Assembly: GCA_973895155.1 (NCBI GenBank)
Contig: OZ316898.1
Span: 5,939,079-6,003,078 of the forward strand
DNA: 64,000 nucleotides
Direction of reading: 5' to 3'
DNA from: Marsupella aquatica
Lineage: Eukaryota; Plantae; Marchantiophyta
Below the pieces are notes generated by a model. The model did not search any database. It had not been told where the DNA came from and saw only the letters and a list, made by a program, of their open reading frames with translations. Position numbers and translations under genes: made by a program. Of this stretch, positions 37,762 to 50,400 are shown in pieces. Positions within the stretch are counted from its first letter, which is position 1. Each line of letters starts with the position of its first letter.

Positions 37762-40700
37762 CTCAGGCATTTTAACATTAGTGTATAGAAGTGGCCATCA
37801 CCTTAGCTTTGGATGGAGAGACACTGAATGACCACCATAGTCTTATAATGCCCCCTTCATTTGATGGTGTTTGATGTAGTGCCCTGTTTTAAGGGCTTTA
37901 ATATGTATTGCAGTTTGTTTTGTTCTCCCATCAGGATGAGATACTGGCACATTTGTCTGGTCTAGGGAAGGGATGAGACACTGGCTGTTGTTCCAGGGCT
38001 GTTTGCAGTGTTGCCCTTGTGTTGGGGTTCTCTTTTACTTTGATGGCCTTTCTGGGTCCCACTTCCGTGAGGTTCACGCCGAGGGCAGATATAAAGCACA
38101 GTTTTTAAAAAGCTTTTCGTTTCATTCACAAGCCCCTTCACGTGTAGCATAAATAAATAAGTGGGAAAACTTGCACAAAAAGGAACAATATTAGGAAGTG
38201 GTGAAACTAATAACTAGCCATAGTAGGTCGGTGAGTTGTGGGCCCCAGCGCCATGGAGGGCAGATAATCCCTTCCCTAGACCAGACAAATGTGCACCTGC
38301 CAAGGAATGATTATCTTCTGAGCCAGCCAGATAGTATCGGCAGACAACCATTAGCCTTTCGGAATAATTCAGCCTAGGGCGCCACGCCATGAATCTACAA
38401 CACTGGAGAACCGTGATCCAATTTTGACTTTCAGAAGTCTGTGCCATCCCATTCCCAAATTACTCCAGTTATTGGAGTATGATCGAACGGATAAGGTTTT
38501 GCACATACTCGGAGAAAGATCTCACCACTCGTGAGAGACGTTAGGTGTTTACAGGAATGGTTTTTCATGGAGTGGGTGAAGGTCAAAGAGGAATTGAAAG
38601 TTCAGAACTCTACCTACTGTAGGTCCGAATATGGAGGCGCAGACAAGGAATAAGGGCTCTCTTGCATGTGCGGCCCTTACCATTCCGAGATTATGAGAGA
38701 AAATTCAATCGAATCTCCACATAATCAGCGTCGGTAAAACGTGTCACCTGCTCATGCACTAACGTGTCCTCTCCAGTTCGGTGCTTAGTGCTTTCCTCCA
38801 GAATACGCTTTGTTCTGTATTCACCACGGTACGAGAGACCTATCAGGAACGAAGGATTTGTTCGCTGTCTTCAGACGTCAATTTATCCCTCCAGATTTTG
38901 ATTGCTGCCCTAATCCTTCCATTTTGTTTTGTCTTCAACTTTTAACGCTTCCATCGATAGAATGATGTCCATTTTTTTTTATGTATTCGTAAATGAGCGG
39001 ACTGCAAAAGCGAGCTCATTTATGGGCTCAGCTTTTCTCCCTGGTACCGTAGCACTTCGACCTTAGGTCCCTTGGGCCGGTGTCCCTTGTGGGTTCTCAG
39101 TTTTGTATGTTGGCTATTTGAATATAATTCATTTGGTTCTTGTGAGGCAAGAAAAGGCAAGAAAAAAGCGAGAATCAAACAGTCAAGAACCTGTCAACAA
39201 AAAACGACATCCTTTCTATACGCAGTAGTGATTTTGTATATACTAAATTGTCACGAAAACAAATGTGATTGGACCAAAATTGTTCCTCCATACTGGCTTT
39301 GATTCTAGATCAGATGGAGGCTTTCCCCATTCCTGCCTAGATATCCATATTTTCAACGAGCTATAGCACAGTATTTTTTTTTTGCCTCTAAAAAACCAAT
39401 TGAATTTCATTCAAAAAGCCAACATACAATGGGGGTGGCCCATACAACACAGTATTTCTCTTAGTTAAAATATACTCATGCCTATTAAAATTAACAACTC
39501 CGCTCGTTGATTCACTGGCATTCAAGATTAACCAGTGGCCTGATCAACAGAATGAAATATGCACAGTAACATCTCCCGTCCAAACCGATTCGACAAGTGA
39601 AGGACATGATGTAAAGCTCGGCATGGATGGTGCATCCGAGTTAACCTGCACATCTAAACTGGAATGGACCGGACTGAACAACCCTCATCGCCATCTCTGA
39701 ATTCCTCGTTGCCTTGGATCCCTCGTCCACCGGACAAAAACAAGCGTCCCCTACCTGACTGGACCCCAATGCGCGTGCAGTGAAGCATCGTCCTTTCCCT
39801 GGCTGGATTCGCTTGCTTTCTGCCTCTTAAATCCCAATTGGTGTTCCTCTGTTCTTCTTTCTTGATTTTCCTCCGAAAATTTCGGCATGGGTCCGTCTGT
39901 ACGAGATAAGGCTAGCAATTCTCACCTGCCTTGGAATCTCTTTCAAAATTTTCATGAGCACATGTTCTTCCAGTCCAGTTTTGGGTTATATCTTTCTTCA
40001 TGCTTCGCCTTTCCTTCAGTGTCGATTTTTGTTGTCGAGGGTGAAGCTGTCCTCGTTGATATGCAAAAGGATTCTAAAGCCGTTTCTTTCTATTTCTTGA
40101 TTACTTATCGATTTTTTTACACTTATTTGCAACAGTACTGACACTGAAAAATCCCCAAACCTCGAACACAACCGAGCCGAAAAGAAGGACGGCAAAGGAC
40201 TAGGCGCAGTTCTTGCAGAAGAAGGATGAGGAAAAGAGAGGATTACTCCTGACTCCAATAATGTCTTCCCCCTTTTGCTGTGGCGGCTCATTCGACCTTT
40301 TTGTACTACTGTAGGAGCCTATTAGTAAGATTTGGTGTACAATATCCCTCCATACCATGATAAGCACTCAATGAGTACCCAGATTAGAGCAGGGAAAGAC
40401 TTGCATTGACTTGTGTCAATCGCTTTTGGATACGACTCGAACTTTGGCTCACCATAGGCACCAATCTCTAGACAAATGATTGCGCATCTGCCAACCTGGC
40501 TCTGCCAGCTTCCCAAATAACTGAAGGAAAATCTATGGTGACCTTTCCTCCCTATCTGCAAAAGGCAGGCAAGGCAAGGCAGACGAGGAAACTCGTGGTC
40601 TCGTCCCAGAATGATGATGGGAAATGCTGGGCAGGAAAAGAAATAGGTCACGTTCTAGAAATTCGGAAGTGCACTGAAATTAGAAGCTGAGGCAAAATAG

Positions 40701-40897
40701 GACTTAAGAGACCCCTCCCTCATTTTGAGGACTTGATCGACAGCAAATTAAAGATCTATTTGGGATGCTCTGTACATTTAAAACTAGAAACCGAAAAACA
40801 AAATTGTTTCTCATTCACGTTAGGAGAGGTCACCCCACCCCACCCTCCCCAGTCAGCCCCCTCCCTGACTAGTCCTGGGACTTTGTTATATATAGCA

Positions 40898-42400
40898 CTA
40901 GCTCAATACCCGTGCGTTGCACAAAAGATGTCGTCACGGCCAAGATGTCATTGAGAACAAAAGAGGTCATGTCGGCCAAGAGGTTGTTGAGAAGAAAGAT
41001 GTTGTGTTGCCCAAGATGTTGTTGAGAACAAAAGATGTCGTGTCGGCCAAAATGTCGGTGATAACAAAATATGGCGTGTCGGCCAAGAGGTCGTTCAGAA
41101 CAAAAGATGTCGTGTTGACCCCAGTGTTGACCACGATGTCATGTCGGCCATGAATTGGTTGAGAAAAGAGATGCCGTGTCGACCAAGAGATTGTTGAGAA
41201 AAATGTTGTATTGGCCAAGAGGTCGTTGAGAAAAATGATGTCGTGTCGGCCAAGATCTCATTGATTAAAAAGATGTCGTATCAGCCAAGAAGTCATTGAG
41301 ACAAAGGATGTCGTGTTGGCAAAGAAGTCGTTGAGAAAAAAGATGTCATGTCGGCCAAGACGTCGTTGAGAAAAAAGATGTTGTGTTGGGCAAGACATCA
41401 CTGAGAAAAGATGTTGTGTCGGCCAAGACGTCATTGAGAAAACAGATGTTGTGTTGGCCAAGACGTCGTTGAGGAAAAATACCCGTGCATTGCACAAAAG
41501 ATTTTGTGTTGCCCAAAATGTAAAAGATGTCATTATGTGAAAGATGGCGTTAAGAAAAAGTTGTCATTTTGCCAAACTAAGTTATTGTGAAGTAAATGAT
41601 GTTATAAGTAAAAAGGTGTTGTTTCACCCAATATGTCCTTAATATGTGAAAGATAGCTCAATACCCGTGCATTGCACAAAAGATGTTGTCAACAAAAAAA
41701 GTGTCATGTTGCCAAAGATTTCGTTAAAAAAAAAAATGTTGTGTTGCCAAAGATTTCGTTAAGAAAAAAGATGTCATGTTGCCAAAGATGTCATGTTGCC
41801 AAAGATGTCGTTAAGAAAAAAGATGTCATGTAAGTTGCCAAAGATGTTGTTAATATGTGAAAGATGTTGTGAAGTAAGAAGATGTCATTAAGAACTATGA
41901 TGTCGTGTTCCCGGGGTCCTCACTTCTTTTCTTCCGACCCATCAGGCGTGAATAAGTATAGGGTTTTTTTATTGGGTTTAGTGAAATACTTTTAAATTTT
42001 TGTTGAAGAACATTAGGGTTATTTAAATCCAATTTTGATAATTATAAGAATCATAGGGTTTTTTAAAATCAAATATGAGAATATTCTTGGAATATTCCAT
42101 TAAGTTAGGGGTAAAAAAATTCCTAAAAAAACCTTTATTGACTTAACTTTTAGGGTGTTTATTCCCCCAAAACTTTGAGCGTGATATGAGACACCCCTTG
42201 GATTGAGGCCCCCGAGGTCGTGTTGCCAAAGGTGTCGTGAAGAAAAAATGTTCTTATGTGAAAAATGTCGTCAGGTAAAAGATGATGTTTCACCAAAGAT
42301 GTTATTAAGTATAAAATGGCCGATAAGTAAAGGATGTCGTTAGACAAAGATGTAAGTTGTGAAGTAAAAAATTGTTCTTAAGTACAATTGAAAATATTGC
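40898..42400 (-). mobile_element. Non-autonomous Helitron remnant(s) carrying a ~33-35-bp minisatellite
   Basis: The reverse complement ends ...TGTGCAACGCACGGGTATTGAGCTAG|T, a canonical Helitron hairpin plus CTAG. The terminus recurs at ~41479 and ~41655. The internal array unit is AAGATGTCGTGTCGGCCAAGACGTCGTTGAGAAAA. The 5' end was not located. Confidence 0.75.
41910..42216. mobile_element. hAT-type MITE (copy 2) inserted into the Helitron minisatellite
   Basis: TIR CCCGGGGTCCTCACT / ATTGAGGCCCCCGAG. Perfect 8-bp TSD GTCGTGTT at 41902-41909 and 42217-42224. AT-rich interior resembles 9732-10026. Confidence 0.85.
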
Positions 42401-43916
42401 TAGTAAACCATGTTAAGTTAAGTAAAAAAGTTGTTAAAATGTTGCCACTTTTTTGCCACCCCTTGCATCCTGAAGCCCCATTGATAACCCCAAAGTTTTT
42501 GTTACGTTATTAAGCTTTTTGCTGAAAGTTACCATCATTGGCCGCTTACTTAAAACTTCTTACTCAAAGTCGCCGTAATAGCTTAATTGGCGTTGTCTGC
42601 CCCGATGTCGAGACCCCTGGGGGAACGGCGCTGCTTGGCTGACTTTTCAGTGGCCCTTTCCTTGCACTTGCATATATCTTGGAACCTTATCAGTAACCCC
42701 AATTTTTTGGTTACTTTAAGCTTAGTTTGATTAAAGTTGACTGCGGCCGCTTTCTTGGCTTTGGCCGCCCCAACGCCAATTCCCCTTGAGGCAACGGCAC
42801 GACTCAGCCCACTTTTCAACAAAACAATTTGCCTACCCCTTGCATGGAACCCCTTGGTAACCTCATCCAAGTTTACTCGGCTCCTTAGTCGCCAATACCA
42901 TGCCCCCTTGGGATAGTGGTGTGGTTTGCAACACTTTCCAATATTGGAGGACCTGCCACCCCCAGACCAACTTTGGTCCAGATATTTTGGCCCCCACCCC
43001 ATGCCTCTTCCTGTGGTAAACAAAGGGGCAACATTGAGTTAGGGTTGGAGATGGACTTTGGGGTCCCGGGTTTAAACCATTAATTTTTGTTTTTAGCCAA
43101 TGTGGCAAATGTCAGCCTCTCAAAGGTAGGAGATGCTAGGAGTATTCTTCCACAATTTTTCTTGAATTATATCCTATTAGTCAGATATCCCTAGATTTAC
43201 ATACAACCGTTAGATTTTGGCAAATGAGGTCCATGATTTGGTGGGAGAGTGGCCAATGGTATGCAAAAAATCTAACAAATTTTTGGCAAAAATGGCGAAA
43301 AAAGTGGTGAACACATTTTGGGAAGATAGAAGTTGGCAAAAACTTGCACCAAAAAAATACATTTATTGGATCGAGGCTAGGGCCGTCTCAGGAGTTATCA
43401 TTGCTTCTTCTTCACTCTCCCTCTTCTGGCCATTCAGTAGTTGTTGTTGCTTAAAAGTTCTCATTTAAATGCCAGAAGCCCTTATGAGCTCACATAGGCT
43501 TGGAATACTTAGAGAACTTTAAACTCCAAAGGGAAAGAAGCTACGCTCCTCCCTTTCTCTTAAAAGTTGTACTCTGCTGGTACAACTGTACCTCTAGAGG
43601 ACCTCTATCCCCTTTGTACCTTGTACCTGGGCTCCCAAGAGTAATGAGCTCATATGTCTGTACCTGAAGGTACAATATAGTACTTGTCTTGTGCATCTTT
43701 GTGTACCTGGTTTGTGCACACCCTGTGTACACCCGGCCCTGTACCAGGTTTTTTCACGTTCCTTTTTTTTCCTTCCCCTTATTGGCTCCATATTTACAGG
43801 TTTTAATTATTCTCACCCAAAAGGACACTCCAAATTTGAATGACGACCACACCATTTTTTGGCGCAACTATGTATTATAGTTTAGGATGTTCATCTACTA
43901 CATTCCTTTTTAAGAG

Positions 43917-44540
43917 AGAGATTTGCTTGGTGTGATCTCAAATGAAAGTTTATGACTTAAATCAGCCCCCAAAATTCCAAAATGGCCCCATGGGACCTCA
44001 AACTATGTTGTAGCGGGTTTACTAAGAAATTGCTGGGCCATGCAGATCTCTGACACCTTACCTTGGTGAGAATGGGAAATTTTGACGTTGGGGTGAGACC
44101 TAATAGGACCCCCATTGCAACGCTCACGGGAGACAAGGCCCAGGACTTCCCAAGCAAAAGTCGGGTGCCATATTCAACCCAATGTGCAGACATCGTGCTG
44201 GATTGCTGGGGGTCAAAGCTGCGCTGCATTGAGAGGAGAGGATTGATGCTCATTGTGAGTGATGCAGAGGACTCGATATTGATACATTTTCCTGGATTGC
44301 GGGGAGTCAAAGTTGTGCATTGAAGCTGCGTTGCGCTCTGGGCTGGGCTGGGCTGCGAGTCTGTGAGGATCATTTACACTGATGGGGTCGACGATGTGAG
44401 GTGAGCATTGTCAGGCCCGACAATTTCTTAGTAAACCTGCTCCAACATAATTATGTTTGAGGTCCCATTGGGCCATTTTGGACTTTTGGGGAGTGGTTAA
44501 GTTGGCAACTTTCATTGGAGGTCCCACCAAGAAAATCTCT
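43917..44540. mobile_element. Mutator-like non-autonomous element with ~120-bp TIRs
   Basis: 43917-44038 is the imperfect reverse complement of ~44415-44540; only a degenerate TSD candidate. Confidence 0.7.
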
Positions 44541-45020
44541 ATTTTTACGGACCCCCACTAAAGGGTCTCTTCCAAAATTCCCGTCATGGGAGAGTGCCAC
44601 ATCAACAACAATCGCAACAAACAAGTTTTGTGAATCAAACTTACAGTTTTTATTTGTGTTTGCGTCAATTTTGGTGTAAATTTTGGGACGCTATGCTGTA
44701 AAATGAAAATGTAAACATTTAGAAACGCAAAGAGCAAACCGGGAAAACTGTCACTATGTAACCGTTTTAGTTATGTTTCTAATTAATATTAAAACTGAAA
44801 TTCAAAGATTTAAAAATTATTCCTTTCATATAATAAACAATGACTAATAACTTATAACTAACTTGATAACTTATTTGTTAAAAGGTAATTGGCACATGGA
44901 GTAAGATTTCTAGCCTTTTGGAATTAAGGCAAACTGCTAACTTGAACTCAAGGAACTGATACAATTCATTTGATGAGACCTTGATCTGGTTTCAAATGGA
45001 CTTGTCACAGATTGAATTTT

Positions 45021-45340
45021 GGGGTTCAAGCTATTGGGGATGCGATTATTGTTGATCCTACTGGGGGGAGCCATGTTGCGGTTGCCGCCCATGTGCCTGG
45101 CCATGCTGCTACCAAGGTGGCCGGGCTCAAGGAGGAAGCCTATGTAGTTCGTTACCCAGGGGATTGTTTCTACCCGTTTGCCTTTGATGTTTTTGGTGTT
45201 GTCGACCCTACTTTAGACCAGTTGTTGTGGGCCTGTGCAATATGTTTTAATGAGCGGAGGCCATTTCCCCCTGTTTCTGTCATCATCGCCTTTTTTAGGC
45301 ACCTGTCTGTGGCTCTTCAGAGGCAGGCTTTCACCCTCAG
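45021..45340 (+). mobile_element. 3' fragment of an RLE-type (CRE/NeSL/R2-like) non-LTR retrotransposon
   Basis: DAIIVDP...AATKVAGLKEEAY...FYPFAFDVFG...HLSVALQRQA matches the restriction-like endonuclease C-terminal pattern (D..V.DP / K...Y / F.P...E..G / LS..LQR). Confidence 0.7.
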
Positions 45341-45782
45341 GCAATTGGTTTTAAAGACTCCCGGCAAGTCCCTTCCTCTGCAGTTACTCCAAAGTTCTAC
45401 CAGACTTTTCAGTTCTCCACTCAATAAGGTGTTAGCCTTCATAGCTCCTTTGTAGATTACCTTTTTGGTCCTTGTTCCTTCCTCCTCTTTTCTTGGGACC
45501 CTTGGCTTGTTTTTCTTGGGGGCCATTCCCCTCTTTTCCCTTCCCTTCATTTCTTTTCCTTCCCTTCCGTTCCCTTCCCTTCCTTTCTTTCCCTTCCCTT
45601 CATTCAGTTGCTTTGCATTTGTAATCATGTCTCCCGGTTCCGCGGATTTCCCCTTGGGCACTGTGATATATAGGAAAGAAGGGATAATTATGATGGCGTG
45701 TGCAGAGGAGCCGGGTTTCTGTGCTGATGCTACTACTGCTGATGCAGCACTGGGTTATGAGCTCTCTCCGGCAGACTTGGAG

Positions 45783-46163
45783 CAATCCCTGGAGTCGTCG
45801 TCGTACTTGCGAACAATCCCTGGAGTCGTCGTCGTACTTGCGAACGAGATTGCCGCTGCTGCTGCTGCTGTGCTACTGCTGCCGGTTCTCGCTTGTCTTT
45901 GGGGATCGGGAGTGCTTTAAGGCGCGTGGATTCTGCCGGTTTGCTCAACCCAATCGAGACACTTTTGAGACGAGCCGACAGTTCTTTCAGAGCTGCTCTG
46001 GTCCTGGTGTGAACTGCTACTGCTACTGCTGCTGCTGGTTCTCGCTTGTCGTTGGGGAGAGCTTTAAGGCGCGTGGATTCTGCTGGTTTGCTCAACCCAA
46101 TCGAGACACTTTTGAGACGAGCCGACAGGTCATTTAGAGCTTCTCTGGTTCTGGTGTGAACTT
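45783..46163. repeat. Nested tandem duplications (30 bp x2, then ~145 bp x2) upstream of gene B
   Basis: CAATCCCTGGAGTCGTCGTCGTACTTGCGAA appears twice; GCTTTAAGGCGCGTGGATTCTGC...GAGACGAGCCGACAG...GGTGTGAACT appears twice. Confidence 0.85.
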
Positions 46164-46738
46164 CTGCTTGGGCGACAGGTTGTGGGAAGGGGGCGATTGG
46201 AGCTGTAATCTCGACGGTTTCGACGATCTCTACGAACAGGCTGTGGAAATCAGGGAGGTAGGTAACGCTGAAGCTGCTGTGTATGAATGGACGGATCCCT
46301 GGAGGTTTTCAACCCCTGCTCTGACCTCCAATTCGATTCCGTTGTTCGTTGTTGAGGAATTACTTCTGCACATTAGCGTGTTCTATGAGCAACTTGGTAA
46401 CTAGTAACGTGCCTCGTGAATTCTGTAGGTCGGGTGGCTGCTGCGCTTTGTCGAGGGCATTCTCTGGTGCAAGTTGAATTACCGCGGTCTGGAGAACTCC
46501 GAGCAATGAGCTGGATAGAACTCCTAGGTAAGTCAACCAAATCGGTGTCTGGCGAGCACGTCTTTCCTTTTCTAGGTGGGTCATCTCAAACAGTTAGACT
46601 ACATAGGTGATAGGTTGGAAGGGAGGCGGAATGTAGAAGTCTCTACTTTTGTCAGAAGCTCGTCACCCGAATGGGGATTTAGATGAAGATCGGGATCCAT
46701 CCACAGCCGCATCGTTCATCTAGCAAGCGGGATTGATT

Positions 46739-46805
46739 TGATCGTCTGCATCAAGGTAAAGCCACCTAGAATTGATCGTCTGCATCAAGGTAAAGCCACC
46801 TAGAA
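46739..46805. repeat. 34-bp tandem duplication
   Basis: TTGATCGTCTGCATCAAGGTAAAGCCACCTAGAA appears twice. Confidence 0.9.
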
Positions 46806-47433
46806 AGAGAGAGACCTTTTCTATGACAAATTTCTCGACCACCTCATAAGTCAAGGTAGGAGTGGATTGAGCTGCCCGGCTCGTTGTACTGAAGCACACC
46901 CTGCAGCCCAGAACTTGTTGATGCAAGTGACAACTTCAGAATAAGCACCGCCCCATGACAAGCGTGTCCGGCCTGTACAATCAGCAAAAGCCCTTTCAAT
47001 CATCGTCAAACTTTCCGACGTACTTACAAGGCTGCAAATGGACCTGGCTAGAGACAGAAAGGATTGATTGTTTAGCTCCTTGACTCTCATACCTGAGTAT
47101 GGACAGGGACAGACACAGAATTGCACTGCTTCCTTCAATTTCCAGTAATCCATATTGCTTGAATGACCAATGGTTACAGTCTTTCGAGGAACTAAATGCT
47201 ATACTAGTCCTTCAGATCGTGGTGAGTGACAAAGTAAGCTCATTGTAGAGGGAATATTGCGCGGTCACGGAAGTTGCAAGTGGGGATGGCAGTAGTGTGC
47301 AACCTCTGTAGTTCCTTGCAGCCCCTTTTCCCTGCTCTCTGTCTTGCTTTTCCTCTGATATTGTGCTCAGTGTGCTGGCCGGCATGTCAAACATCTTTGC
47401 TCATGTGTTGTCATTTGACTGCATCTGTCAGCG

Positions 47434-50400
47434 ATGGAAGGACTGGAAGACATCCGATTGCCATTTGAATCGGTGGCCACACAAGAGTCGGCAGAAGTTG
47501 TAGCCAAACCGATATTTTGCGAGCGCGAGTGTCCTGAGGTGGTCATGCAAAAGTCTTCGCCGAGTTTTTGGAAGTGGCGCAGAGTCAGCCTCGCAATTAG
47601 TGCCTGTAATCGAATGCGGCTTGTTGTGGAGAGCATCAAGGCTGTGGACGAACAGACAGCAGAGAAGGTTGCTATTGGCAAAGACCCTCCATGTTGCATC
47701 TTAATCATGTTCTGTCGGTTTAATTGCCATATTTTGTTGACAGGCATGGTCAAAGTTGTTTCAGTAGGAGAGACAACATTCAGGTATAACACCTTGAGGT
47801 CCTATGGTCTTTTCCTCAACGCTTCTTGTAGTGCTAGACGTCCGTAGTAATCCGGCATCGAGGTTGCTAATTTCTCCGTTTTCCATCTAAAGCATTGCCT
47901 AGGCAATCTATGAATCGAGGTTATGAAATATCATTATCACAGGGGCACCGTCTACGAGAGAGTGATCGGGATTGAGTAGCCTATGCTAACCTCGTGTGTT
48001 CTGTTCCAGTTTCCTCAACAGGAACAATATTGCTAATCTTGCGGAATGTACAGACCGGAGCCGCAATCAACTTCGCATTCGCCGAAGCATCGCGGGCGCA
48101 ACTTCCTGACCTCTTTCCTTGCGCGGACTACATGGTTGGTAAAATACCGACGTTCAATTGCAAGTGTTTCCTAACGCCTGGTGGCAAACTCAGACTTGAA
48201 ATGGAGAGCGTGGAGGCTGTGGAGCACGCCTTTGTCGACCAGGTTTGTCGTTCTTTCATGATGCCATAACGAGTAATTTTATCGTCACACGTACATCGTT
48301 CACGACAGTACTGTGTCCATATGAGTTGAAGAGGTATTGCGGCAGGGAGGGCAGTTGTGTATGTAGTAATGGCAAACTAATGACTTTGTCTCCCAATCTT
48401 CAATCCATACTTGTAGGTTGAGTCTTTAATTGATTTCGCCGGTGGGAATCAACAGGTTGCAAGCGAGGTCTCTGCTCGCGTGGATTTTTTCACGTCATTG
48501 ATTACAGGGCCAGTTGAAGAATCGCCGGATCCGGAACTGCAGAACATGATTCCGGAGGTGTTCTCTACTCAGACCGCAGTAAGGAAATGCAAACACACTG
48601 ACTTTATGTGTTCTTCGCATCAGATGGGATGGTCATGGTCAATGATTTGCGAATTTCGATAGCTCTAGGAGTCAGACCTGCGATCTTCCGGTTTGTGAAA
48701 GTTGCTTGCCTACCCTGAGTACCGCTCGAAAGGTTATGTCTGCCCTGTACCAATTATTAGAGCAAAGCGTGCTCAAAGTTAAGTTTTCTGAAAGGCGTTA
48801 GATCTGGATATTGTTGACAGTCACTTTGCTTCATGATTCATAGCAAAGTACCATGCGCTTCTAAGTGAGAAGTATGATTGTATCAGGCTGTTCTGCTGTG
48901 TCCACTCCCCCGGATATTACGGCTTGTTATCCGCTTGCTTGCTTTGATGATTAGTAGGGACGTGCCCTGTACGTATCACATTTCACCGTAGATCTATGTT
49001 CTACCTCCTAATGGATTAAAATCCATCTGTATCTCTGGCATGTATTTATGTGGGGGCCCCGCCTCCCCTTTCCCACTCATCACAGGAGATCAATAAACTT
49101 GTTCTCTTCATGGTATCAGAGCCTTCCCAGGATAATGCCTGAGGGCTCAGTCTTTTCTTCCGTATTTTTCTGTAGTTCCGAGTTGGTAAGAATCACTCGC
49201 GTAGCTTTGGAGTCATAGCTGTATAGTCTTACGTTGCAGGTGATAGATCCCTGTCGTGTTCTCCGTAGTACTCAGGAATTTATTTTCATAGGTGATAGGT
49301 CCCTGTGCATTTCTTAATAGTACTCAGGAACGATGAACCAGGATATGAATTTCTCAATGTCCAAGGACGAGAAACTTAATGGGAACAACTACCCATTATG
49401 GTCCTACAAGATGAAGCAGAGTTTCATCAAGGAGAAGATTTGGTACGTAGTTCGGGAGAATCTTCTTGGAGTGATCTTTGATGCTAACGATCCTGTCAAT
49501 CCCACTCCCGCTGAGCGACGTACAGCTCAGAACAAGGCATTATATATGCTGACTAAAGCAGTAGAGGACAAGATGCTTGCTAGATATGTGCGGATTGATG
49601 ATCCAGCTTTTCTCTGGGCAGAACTCCGCCGTGCTTGTGCAGGCAACACCACTTCTCGCCGTGTTGTACTCAAACGGAAGCTTTTCAGTCTCAGATTCCC
49701 TGAGTCTGCTACCATGACTACTAACTTCAGCACTGTCAATGAGTTACTTAACGATCTTGCTGCTGTGGATGTCGCTTTTACTGATGAAGAATTGCAGGGA
49801 GTAATCATTGATGCTCTACCCCGTAGTTGGGAGACCTTCGGAGCTGTTCTTGCAGGACGAGAGAATATGCCTTCCTTCTCCCAACTGGAGAATATTGTTC
49901 GTGAAGAAGAGAGTCGTCGTGGTGCTCGCAATTATGCTGGTGAAGAGGCGCTATTTGTCCGTCATGTTTTCCCCCCACCTGCACCTTATGGCCGGTTCAA
50001 CAACGCAGGGGGACGTGCCCGCGGTCGTGGAGGTCCTAATTTTGGAGGAAGAGGGGGCCGTGGACGTTTCCCGGCGCCATTGAACAACAACAACCGTGGA
50101 GACAACAACAACCGTGGGGCCTGCTTCACGTGCAGCGACCCCAGCCATGTTGCCCGCAACTGCCCTTTCCGTGGTCTCGAAACTGAGTTGCAACGCCTCA
50201 CCGCTCGTATGACTCAGATGAACATTGGGGCTGGACGTGCTGCAAACCTAGTGGAGACAAATTTTGGTCCAAACCCGAATCCCGACGTTGAAGAATATTT
50301 TGATGCTGCACCTGAGAATGTCGATACGGTTACAGCTGACCAGATTCTGGAGGCCAATTTTACTGAGGTGATAGCACAGCCTGATCACCCGGAATGGATC

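Noticed and set aside
38214-40650. Scattered short ORFs with gene-like composition
   Set aside because: Could not assemble a consistent spliced frame or recognise any domain
40925-41900. Regular ~34-bp repeats superficially like a CRISPR array
   Set aside because: No unique spacers and no cas genes; units are contiguous and degenerate in a eukaryotic context, so this is a minisatellite inside a Helitron
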